A stretch of 63,785 nucleotides of DNA, the filler included, from Reclinomonas americana ATCC 50394 (lineage: Eukaryota), in the NCBI GenBank assembly GCA_048213135.1. It is 7 parts of 3 records of this genome, joined end to end, with 100 filler letters (N's around TTAATTAATTAA, not from the genome) between each part and the next. Parts side by side here need not be neighbours in the genome. Positions count along the whole stretch, not along the records: positions 19,534 to 41,574 come from PS015032.1; 6 more parts are not named here. One strand, given 5' to 3'. Within the stretch, counting starts at the first letter, position 1, and every line of letters starts with the position of its first letter. A program made the translations under genes and the position numbers. Of this stretch, positions 29,441-40,284 are shown piece after piece. Below the pieces are notes generated by a model that was not told where the DNA came from, searched no databases, and was given only the letters and a program-made list of their open reading frames with translations.

Positions 29441-32400
29441 ATGGCGTCTTATCCTCCTCCACCGCCTCCGCCTCCACATCCACCTCGTCCACCGCTTCCA
29501 CCTCCCTCTGTGGGCATCACACCGCCCACTGCGCGCAGGTCGGTCTCTCTCACGCACACTCTCACACACACAGACACATTCATCAACGCACACGCACACA
29601 CACACACGCAGAGAAAGAGACAGAGACTCTTGCAGCACACACACACACACGTCCACTTGTAATTCGACCTCACGCGCATTGAATGATTGATTGATTGCTC
29701 AGTGGCCCTCCTCCACCTCTTCCTCCTCCTCCTCCTCCCCCGCCTCCTCCATCCATGTCGATGCTTCACAGTCACGGTGCGAATGGGAAGGACTCACAGA
29801 CCGGCACTCCCTCGGCCACTCCTCCTGCGGGAGGAGTGGTGGTGGTGCCTTCTTCGCGTACCAGTGGGAGTGGGGCAAGTGGGAGTGCTGCGGGTGGAGG
29901 CAGCTCCTCCTCCTCATCGTCGTCGGCATCGCGACGACCTGCGCTGCGGGAGCTCTTCTGTTCGCGGTACATGGAGGATAACTATGAGACGACAGAGACG
30001 ATTGGAGAGGGAACGTATGGGTGAGTTGGGGAAGGGTGAAGGGAGAGTGAGGGAGGGAAAGAGGGAGAAGGAGAGAGCACGCGCCTTTCGACTCCATCCT
30101 CTCTCATGCACACACTTGTCAGATGCGGAATGGCAGAGATGTGCTTTTCGCTTTTTCTTTCTCTCTCCCTTCTTTCCCACTCTTGTCCTTTCTTGGTCTC
30201 TCTCGGGGGCAACGCTTCAAGCAGTCTCCCTTGTCTCACGCGCGCACTGCCGCACTTGTCTGGAGTACAGAGTCGCACCACAGACTCTCTACCTCCGTCC
30301 CTCCTTCTCGCTCTTTGTCTCTTTCCGTTTGTCTCGTGTGGACGAGCCCACTTCCGAAGATGCCAAGTGCTTCATGCAGTCGCTGAATGTTCCTATCTCA
30401 GGCGCATACTGCCACGCGTGTCTGGGCACAGAGTCGCTCGCAACCTCTGGCTCTCTCCCTCCTTTCACACTGTCTCTCTTCCGTCTGTCTCGTGTGGGCT
30501 CAGCTGGTGAACGTCTCTGTTCTCTCGCATACTCTGTCATATCACACACTCGCTCGCGCGCGCTTTCCTAGAGGCTCACAGGCATTCTTTCCTGCGTAGC
30601 CACTGCGCTGAAGTAGGCACTTTGCATGCGTTGCCACGCCGTCCTCTTCTTTCTTTTCCTCCTGCCACTCTCTCTCTCGCGCGCGCGCACGCACACACGC
30701 ACATGAGAGGCTGACAGGAACTAGTTTCCTGCGAAGCCACTGCGCGGAAGCAGGCACTCTGTTTGCGTGTCAGCATGTGTCTCGCACGCCATCTTCGTCC
30801 TTTCCTCTCTCTTTCAGTCTGTCTCCTTCCACGCGTACAAAAGCGAGACATGAGCTCGCTGACAACAGAAGTCGATGTCACTCCACGTGCTTGACGTCCA
30901 ATTTTCTCTCCTCCCTCTCCCTCTCCTTCTCTCTCCCTCTCCCTCTCCCTCTCCCCGTCTCCCCACTGACCCCCCTTCCCCCCTTTGCCTCTCTCTCCCC
31001 CCTTTGCCTCTCTCCCCCCTTTTTGCCTCTCCCCCGCGCAGCAAGGTGTACAAGGCCCACTTGAGGGTCGACCCCACAGTGCAGGTGGCGCTCAAGAAGA
31101 TCCGCCTCGACAACGAGAAAGTCGGCTTCCCCATCACTGCCATTCGCGAGATCAAGATTTTGAAGCAGCTGCAGCACAAGAATATCGTGCGCCTCTACGA
31201 GATTGTGACCTCGCGTCGTTGCGTCGCACGTATTGCGGCAGGCAAAGAGTAACAACCCTCACTCATATCATTTTCCGCCCCCGCCACAGCCACCAACCAG
31301 AACAAGCTCGGCTCGGTGTACATGGTGTTCGAGTATGTCAAGCACGACCTGTGCGGTGAGCGACTAAAGCGATCCTGCATTTTGTTTCGCCACGTGCTAA
31401 TCGCCTCGCAATCAGGGCTGATGGATCACATTTCGACATTCACCATTGCCCAAATCAAGTGCTACATGAAGCAGGTGCTGGAGGGCCTGTTTTACTGCCA
31501 CAAGAACGGCGTACTGCATCGCGATCTGAAAGGTGGGGGTCCTCATCTGCCGACACGCAGCTTTGCGACCGTTGCACTCACACGGGTCGCACACGCAGCC
31601 TCCAACATCCTCGTGTCGGATTCGGGCGACCTGAAGCTGGCCGACTTTGGTTTGGCACGCCCCTGCATCATCGACAATGGGCGGCTGACGAATCGCGTCG
31701 TGACACTGTGGTACCGCGCACCGGAGCTGTTGCTCGGCGCGCAGGCATATACCGACAGCGTGGACATGTGGTCGGCTGGGTGCGTTCTGTTGCTGGCTGT
31801 TCTTGCCGCTGCTGCTCGTGCCTCGCTCTCACACGCCACCACAGATGCATTTTTGCGGAGCTGCTGTGCAAAGGCAAGCCGCTGTTTCCCGGCAAGGACG
31901 AGATGGACCAGCTGAATCGCATTTTCCGCTTGTGTGGCACTCCGTCGGATGATTCGTGGCCAGGTTTGAGCATGCTCTTGTTGGTTCTCTTCACTCCTGC
32001 GTCGTGCCTGACAACGTGTTTGATGGCAGGCTTCCGCAACCTGCCGTATGCGGAGACATTGCTGCCGAACATGCGCTTCCAGCGGTGTCTGGAGGCGCAC
32101 TTCAAAAAGTACAATGTCAGCGAAGACGCCTTCCGCTTCCTCTCCCGCTTCTTTGAGTACGATCCGGCGAAGCGTGTCACGGCCCATGAGGCGCTGGACG
32201 ATGATTTCTTCTGGAACGAGCCGCTCCCGCTGGAGCCGAAGCAGTTGCGTGGCGGTGCACGGATTTGTTGAAGGCGATTCCGCGGCGCTCATTCGTCTTA
32301 TGCGTGCGTGCAGCTTGCCGCGATACACCGAGGCCGCCAACGAACTGACGGCCAAGAAGAAGAAGAACAAGGAGCGACAGCAGCAGCAGGGTGCGCCGCC

Positions 32401-32982
32401 GCCGCCACATCAAGGTCAACAACAGCAGCAGCAGCATGCAGGAGCGTCGTCCGGTGTGGGAGCGCGTGGAGACGGTCGTCGTTGCGTTTCTCTTTCATCG
32501 CCGTACGCTTTCCCCCTGTACCTCTTGTGCTGATTCATTCGTGTGCAGCCGATCACCACCATCACCGCCACCCGCATCACCACGCCGGTCACCACGGTCA
32601 CCCACCGCAGCCACCACAGCCACCACAGCCACCGTCACAACAGCAACAGCAGCAGCAGCAGCAGCGCAGTGGTGGACCACCCAACCCGTTCCAGACCGCT
32701 CGTCCCGGCCATCTCCCTCGCTACGAAGGCGGCGGTGGCGACAGCGTGCAGCAACCGCCACGCAAAGTGCAACGCATGGAAGGTTTGATCACCCCCGCTC
32801 TGTCTCTCACCCCCAGAGAAACCACGCGACTCACTCTGTTCACAGGCGGCAGCGTCACCACCGCTGCCGGTGGTCCTGCTCCCTCGCACGACGAAGCCCG
32901 ACGTCGCCTGCCTGGCACCGGACCGCCGCCTCCACCAATACCACCACAAGCAGGACGCCCTCCACCACCACCACCGCGTTGA
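29441..32982 (+). CDS. Transcriptional cyclin-dependent kinase, PITAIRE type (CDK9/CDK12/CDKC-like), with Pro/Gln-rich tails
   Basis: [89 protein letters not shown]. Confidence 0.93.
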
Positions 32983-33399
32983 TAACGACCCGAACAACAA
33001 CAAGAAGAGGAATACAACGTCGTACAATGCTGTCAGTCAAGAAAACCAAAAAATGGCGGGAAAACAAGTCAGCAACGGTTGTCAACTGTGCGGCAATGGC
33101 AACAACAAAGCACAACAGAGGCAAATGGGGAGCCCAGAGAAACGACTGAAGAGGGAGAGAGAGGGGGAGGAAAAGTAGAGAGAGATGCATGCACCCCCTC
33201 CCCCCACCCACCTACTGATCATGATTCCCAAGCTCACCTTTCACCTGCAAGTGCACGTGCCGAAAAACGTATGCGAGGTGACACAAATGAAGGCATACCA
33301 CTTACATTTTGAGTCCACAGCCAGCAGGCAAGTATCGTACGTGATTAAACACTCGACATAACTATTTCTCCTGATCACGATGAGCAATAGCAACGATTG

Positions 33400-34560
33400 C
33401 TACACATCATACACATCAGAGACTCTGTTGGTGCGATTCTTATTCAAAAAAATCGGCAAACGAAAGAGAATAGCTTCCGCGTCCTCGCACATGAAGCAGC
33501 GCAGCACAATCTCCACGAGGCAACGCGGTTCGCCGCCGTCTGCTTCGGGCGGCAGCTGGATCTCGATTATGGCTTGGTGGGCATTCCGCGCAGCTTGAAG
33601 CTCGGCATGAGCGTGGCCGCGTGTTGAAGGCCACACTCGTACAGTCTCGTCCTCACCACCACTCACAATGTGCTGGCCATCGGGTGTCACTGCTACTGCA
33701 AGCACCGAATCCGTGTGGCCTTCCAGTCGGTGCACCTCCTCGCCACTGGCCACGGACCATACTCGTACAGTCTTGTCCACACTGCCACTCACAACATGCT
33801 GGCCATCGGGTGTCACTGCGACTGCACGCACCACACCCGTGTGGCCTTCCAGTCGGCGCACCTCCTTGCCAGTCGCCAGTGACCACACTCGTATAGTCTT
33901 GTCCAAACTGCAACTCACAATGTGCTGGCCATCGGGTGTCACTGCCACTGCACACACCCCATCCGTGTGGCCTTCCAGTCGGCGCACCTCCTCGCCACTT
34001 GCCACCGACCACACCCGCAAAGTCATGTCCTTACTGCCACTCACTATATGCTGCCCATCGGGTGTCACTGCCACTGCAGACACCTCATCCGTGTGGCCTT
34101 CCAGTCGGCGCACCTTCTCGCCAGTCGCCAGTGACCACACCTGTACAGTCTTGTCCCGACTGCCACTCACAATGTGTTGACCATCGTGTGTCACTGCCAC
34201 TGCGTACACCGCATCAGTGTGACCATACAGTCGGCGCACCTCCTCGCCACTTGCCAACGACCACACCCGCACAGTCTCGTCATAACTGCCACTCACAATG
34301 TGCCGTCCATCGGGTGTCACTGCCACTGCCAACTTCCAACGCATGTGGCCTTCCAGTCGGCGCACCTCCTCGCCAGTAGCCAGTGACCACACCCATACAG
34401 CCTTGTCCCAACCGACACTCACAATGTGCTGGCCATCAGGTGTCACTGCCACTGCATACACCCAGCGCGTGTGTCCTTCTAGCACCTGCAAGTACTTTTG
34501 TAATCAAGCACCGTGCACAGCGCGGGCAAGCACTACACTCACGCTCACCTTGCAAGCCAT
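33400..34560 (-). CDS. WD40 protein of seven highly similar 42-aa repeats plus a ~70-aa C-terminal tail
   Basis: ATG GCT TGC AAG, intron 34548-34486, then seven 126-nt units LEGHTxxVxAVAVTPDGQHIVSGSxDKTVRVWSxAxGEEVRR. Confidence 0.92.
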
Positions 34561-34610
34561 TTCGACGACAGGACTTTATTTGCGCTATTAATTGTATTTG
34601 CCAATCAACA
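34561..34610. promoter_or_regulatory. 50-bp AT-rich divergent intergenic region between the WD40 and ADK start codons
   Basis: ATGs at 34560 (-) and 34611 (+). The interval contains TTTATTTGCGCTATTAATTGTATTTGCCAATC in an otherwise GC-rich context. Confidence 0.55.
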
Positions 34611-36530
34611 ATGCTGTTGCTTGCCGCACGTGCAAGTCGCCTCTCACTGCGCGTGCCTCTGGTGCGCCTCTCCTCCTCCTCTGCGCGTCTGCTCTCCTCT
34701 GCAGCTGCACAAGAGGCTGCAGTGGACACTGTGGAAGACGAGTTCCTTCCGCCTTTCACTGCTCCGCGTCGCAAGTTGCCACCTCCAGTGCTGCTGGCCA
34801 TATGCAACCCCTTGCTAGGCACGTGTCACACACACACAGAGAGAGAGAGAGAGAGCATGTGTGTGCGTGCGTGTGCAAAGATGCATTGACTGATCCGTTA
34901 TGTGCCACAGACATGATGGCCGATGTGCCAGCATCTTTTCTCGAAAAGTTGAGACTCTCTCATTCACTCACATCCACTCTTCTCCATCAGCTCATTGTGT
35001 AAAACACGCGCGTCTATGTAAACGTGCAGGTATGGTCTCAAGCGAGGTGCATCGGTGCAAGGCACCGAGGAGACTCTTCCGTTGTACGATGATCTGGAGA
35101 CGAACTATCCGGTGCAGTATGTGGCCGGAGGTGCTGCGATGAACACCACTCGTGTGTGCCAGTGGATGCTGGGAGACCGCGGGCAGACGTACTTTGTGTT
35201 GCGTACAAAGGAGCGGGGGAGAAGACGCAGCGATCTGCAGCAGTTGGTGTTGAGAAATTGAGATGCAAACAAACGCAGAGGATCGATTGGGCAAGACGAT
35301 CGGGCGCTCATCTTGCGGCGTGCGGCCAAGGAGGCGGGCGTGGAGTGTCTGTTCTCGGAGCATCCGTTCTTGCCGACGGGCTTGTGTGCGGCGTTGGTGT
35401 GTGACAAGGAGCGCACGCTGGTCACCAATATGCTGGCGTCGGGAGAACTCGACATTAGTCACATTCTCACGCCGATTGTGCGCCGCACGCTGCGCAAGGT
35501 GGCTGCCGTGTATATTTCCGCCTTTTTCATGCTTGGATCGCCCGAGGTAATGCGGAGGGGAAGGGCGGAGGGAGAGAAGAGAGGAGGAAGGGGAAGGAAC
35601 GGGAAGGGGAAATGAAAAGAGAGAGAGAGGTGGAAGGTAAAGAGAGCGAGACTAGAGGTATGGAGAGAGGGAGAAGCGAGAGAAAAGAAGGAGAAGGAGG
35701 AGGAGATGAACACACACAGACAGGGAGAAAGAGAAACGGAGAGAGGAAGGAAGGGAAGGGCGAGGAGATAAACACACTCACGGAGAGCGCGTGCGAGAGA
35801 GAGAGAGAGAGTGAGTGAGCATCGAGAGAAAGGAAGGGGAAGGAGGAGGAGATGAACTCATACGCTCACAGACGAGAGAGAGAGAGAAGAGAGGAAGGAA
35901 AGGAAGGGTGGCGAGATGAACACAAGCGCACAGAGAGCGAGAGCGAGAACCCCTTCACAGTACGGTGAGTGAGGACGAAGACTGAGTGCGTCTCGTGTGT
36001 TGCTGCAGATTGCCGTGTACGTTGGCAAGGCGTGCTCGAACCACAACAAGATCTTTGCGCTGAATCTCGCCTCGCCGTCGGTGATTACGCACCCCGAGGT
36101 GAGGTATCACCTGCAGAGTGTGATTCCGTACGCGGACTACATTTTCTGCAACGACGAGGAGGCTCGGTTGTACGGCGAGGTGTTTGGTTTGCGTGATCCG
36201 TCGCCCAAGGAGGTGGCGCGAGCGCTCTCTCGCTTCCCCAAGTCCAACATGCATCGCTCGCGCTACGTGGTGGTCACGCGTGGCCCCGATGCCACTATCA
36301 TCGCGCACGACGGCGAGGTGCTGCAGGTGGACGTGCCGCGTGTGCCGCCGTCCGAGATCATTGACACCAACGGGGCCGGCGATGCTTTCGTCGGCGGCTA
36401 CATGGCCAAGTCGCTCACGGGCTCCGGACCGATTGATAGCACGCGCGCTGGCCACTACGCCAGTCGCTGCATTCTCAAGCTGCGTGGGTGCACCATCCCT
36501 AACTACCCACCGCAGCTGCCACAGTTTTAA
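34611..36530 (+). CDS. ADK: Adenosine kinase (PfkB family) with N-terminal mitochondrial-type presequence
   Basis: ICNPLL|DMMADV, YVAGGAAMNTTRVCQWML, YFV|GSIGQD, PTGLCAALV, RTLVTN, LNLASP, YIFCNDEEA, VVVTRGPD, IIDTNGAGDAFVGG. Confidence 0.93.
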
Positions 36531-36646
36531 CAGTGGCGGCGAATGCTTTTTTTTTGTTTCCCTTTATCTATCTCTTTCTGTGTACAACAACTATAAACAC
36601 GAGTAGTATGTAGAAAAGGTGCGGTTCATTTCGCACTCTTGTCTTG

Positions 36647-38421
36647 TCACCTGCTCGCATCACCACCACCGCTGCCAGAGGCCGGTTCATCGGCCGGTGG
36701 TGGAGGTGCTTGCTTGGCCGCCGCACTGGCGGGCAGCAGGGGTGAAAAGTCGACGTCCAGACAAAAGATTTTCGGCCACAGCTTGCCGGTGGCCAGTAGA
36801 TTGCAGCCGCGCAGCTCCTCCGGCTTCTCCTCGTCGGGCACGTCACCGATCCAGGCCAGTCCGTTGAGACAGTTCTCGCGGCGCAGCGTGACGCCGTCGA
36901 CGGGATGCTTGCCTACTGCCGTCATGGTGGTGAGTTCGCGTCGAATGCTGTCGGTCAGCTCGGCCATGTCGATCACGGCCGGCACGCGACCTGTGGTCGG
37001 GTCAATCACAAAAATGGTGGTGTCGTGCCACCGATTGGCCAGCAGCTTGTTGACGGGTGGCGGCACATACTGCAGCTCGTTGATGCTGGTCAGCGGGAGA
37101 CCGTCAAACACCACCGGCAGTGGGATGGTGTGCTCCTGCAACGAATCAATCGGCTGCAGGCGACGAATGTCGGGTGTGCCGTCGCTCATGTAGAGGATGC
37201 TGCCGTCGGTGGTGAGGCCCCAAACTTCGCGGAACTGATGCTTCAACTGCCGCTTGTCTTCCAGCGTCTCCGCGTCGGTCTGGATCAGCAAGTGTCCGAG
37301 CCACGAGAACTGCCATATTTCGTCGCCGACAGGCGCAATACCCTCGCCAAACTCGCCCTCCGGCATGCGTCTCGACTGCAGCACTTCGCCGGAGGCCGGA
37401 TCCACGACACGCAGCTGGCTGCCGGCACCAATGGCACCCAGACTTTCGTACAGCTTGCCCTTGTGCCACACCAGACTACGCGTGGTGGTGGAGATTGATG
37501 GAAAGTGAACACGCAGCAGACGGCGAGAGAAAAGAGTGGCAAGACGCAACCCCTGAGTGAAAGCGGCAGGATCGTGTGGAAGTGTCCGGACGAGTCGCGT
37601 GTTCAGAATGCGAAGGGGTTCCTGCTGCACGGCACAACCGAAACGAGGGAGGGAGAAGAGAGGGGAGGGAGGGGAGGGAGAGAACACAGAGTGTGAATAC
37701 ACACACCGCAGCAAAAAAAAATCCATTGTGGTCTTTCTTGGTTTTGGTTCTTTTTTTACCCTTGTTTTTTTACTACGCTTATCTAACGAGCCACAGAAGA
37801 AGCACGGATCCCACACAAGCAAGACAAGACAATGCAACAGGATACACACATACACCTGTTCATGCTCACTCGTGGAGTGCCAACAACGCCCACAACATCA
37901 AACCAACCCCCCACACTCACAACCCCATTACTTTTCACACCTTGATCTCTGGTGGAGGCACCGGAGGCGCCGCCGCGGCACGCGATGCAGCCGCCGCCGA
38001 CATGACCGCAGCCGCACCAGCGTCCGCACTGCCGCCCGTGACCAACACGTACACGACGGCCACCAACAGCAAGCAAATCACACCAAACACCTGCATGATG
38101 TGCACAAGAGACACAGACGACGAAGAACAGCGTTCAGCGCAACTGCCAACTCGACATGTCCTCTTCTTCCTCCTCCTCCTCCTCCTCTGCATCATCCTCC
38201 GCCTCATCTTCTCGCTGCACCGAATGGGAATAAAGGGGGAACATGATGGCAAGAGATGAAGATGAGAAGAGAGGGGGGATGGGGGAGAGGGAGGAGACAG
38301 AGAGAAAGAAAGAAGAAAAGAGAAGGGAGGCAGGAACGATGAGAAAAGACACCGGGGGTTGAATAGAAAAACGAGTAGTAAGTGAGACACTGAGAGAAAG
38401 GAGGGAAGAGGAGCAAGCAGG

Positions 38422-38477
<56 letters not shown>

Positions 38478-38666
38478 NNNNNNNNNNNNNNNNNNNNNNN
38501 NNNNNNNNNNNNNNNNNNNNNNNNNNNNNNNNNNCTCACTCACCGCAAAGATGGCCGTGCTGTGCTTCTCCACAATCCGCATGGCATTATCCATCGAAAG
38601 TGGTCCCACACTTCCACCACCAGTGCTCGTAAACCGCGGACGCCGTCGCGAGGGCTTCGGAGGCAT
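36647..38666 (-). CDS. Glutaminyl-peptide cyclotransferase, plant/bacterial beta-propeller type, with N-terminal membrane anchor
   Basis: LPHDPAAFTQG|LVW, LYESLG, FGEGI, EVWGLTTDG, YMSDGT, INELQY, LANRW, LNGLAW, TGKLWP; upstream exon VFGVICLLLVAVVYVLV. Confidence 0.88.
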
Positions 38667-38848
38667 AACTACAAAGAGACAAGAGAGAGAGAAGGAGAAG
38701 AGTGAGAGAAGAAGACTGAGAGAGGGCCATGGCAATGCCATCACACAAACACAAACAAACGCACAGCACGGCGAGAAAGCAAGACAGAGAGCAGGGTGTG
38801 TTGCGAGAGGAGAGTGGATCGTGTGCGCTCACCTCTTGCTTGTGCGAA

Positions 38849-39180
38849 ACAAACGAAATTGCGACAAATTGGGCGCGAAAAATGGCGCGAAAAGGTACAC
38901 AACAAAAAAGGCTCTGGTGCGCGTTGCAGCAAAGCCTCGACCAGTTCGTACGTGCGTGTCTGCTTGTGTAGTACCTCCTAACCTGCCCACACAAACGAAA
39001 TTACAACAATTTGGCGCGAATTTGAAATCCTGTGCTCTAGCAAGGAATGGCGAAAAAAGCACCTGTGCGCGTTGCAGCGAAGCCTCCCAGTCCGTGCGTA
39101 CGATCTGCGTGTGTGCAATCCTCACATGCAGGCAACACAAACGAAATTGCGGCAAATTTGAAAAAGCGCGCGAAAACTCA
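38849..39180. promoter_or_regulatory. Triplicated divergent-promoter module containing E2F-like (GCGCGAAA) and CHR-like (TTTGAA) motifs
   Basis: ACAAACGAAATT at 38849, 38991 and 39137. GGCGCGAAAA occurs twice in copy 1, GGCGCGAATTTGAAA in copy 2 and TTTGAAAAAGCGCGCGAAAA in copy 3. It lies between ATGs at 38666 (-) and 39250 (+). Confidence 0.6.
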
Positions 39181-39249
39181 CACTACTCTGACATCGACGC
39201 AAGCAACGCGTGGCGACGATCAGCGTGTGTGTTGGATACGTAGCGTGCA

Positions 39250-40222
39250 ATGTCGGTGAACCCGCGCGTTACGCGAGCGCAATCAAGGTGCGTGCGTGCG
39301 TCTGTTTGTGTGTGTGGATGTGTGTGAATGAGGGTGCCTCGCGCTCTCTCTGTGTGTGCGTTTGTGTGTGTGTGCGTGTCGATGGCGTGCTCACTGCGAT
39401 GAGCGTGCATCACGGTGTGCAGTGAGCGATCAGCGGCCGCGCCTGCAGCCGCAAGACCAGCGCGGTAAGTCGACCATCTCTCACACTGTACACGCACGCA
39501 CACGCGCACTCACTTGCTCACTTGCACACTCTCCTCTCATTGTGCGTGTACATCGCCTGCACTCTCTACGCGCGCACACGCACGCGCGTTTGTTTGTTTG
39601 TTTGTTGTCTGACCATGTCGACATCTCCAGTGTCACTCGTCGCCGCACTCGCGATGAAGACGACGAGGCGGCGAGCAGCGCAGCCGAAGACGACGACAGC
39701 GTGACCACCTCGCAGCAGTCGTCATCGCAACAGCGTGTGCTTCGACCGCGCACGGGGACAACTCCGCCGCGCTCGTCGCTGCGAGCGTCGCGCCCTCCGC
39801 GTGTGCCGACGCCGAGTCGCAAGCGGCGACGTACGACGGCGGCGGCGGGTGCGGGACAGGAGGAGGACGCGGAGAGCTTGACGCCGTCGGCGGCGGCGAT
39901 GGAGGACGATGTTGATGAGGATGATGAGGATGATATGCGGTTTGCGAATATGCCGACGCCGATTCGAGGGGATCCGCAGACGCCGGGAGGGTGTGTGTGT
40001 GTGGGAAAGGGGAGAAGGGGGAGCAGGAAAGCGAGGATGAATGTGTGAATGAGGCGGGAGTAGAAGGACAGAGAGAGACTGGGAGAGGGAGAGGGAGAGA
40101 GAGAGAAAGAAGAAGAAGACAAGCAGGAAGGTGTGAGAAAGGGAATGAAGAATGCAGCGAGGAAAGGGAGGAATGGGAAGACGGGATAGGAGAACAAAAG
40201 GACAAAGGTGATGAAGGGCGTG

Positions 40223-40284
<62 letters not shown>

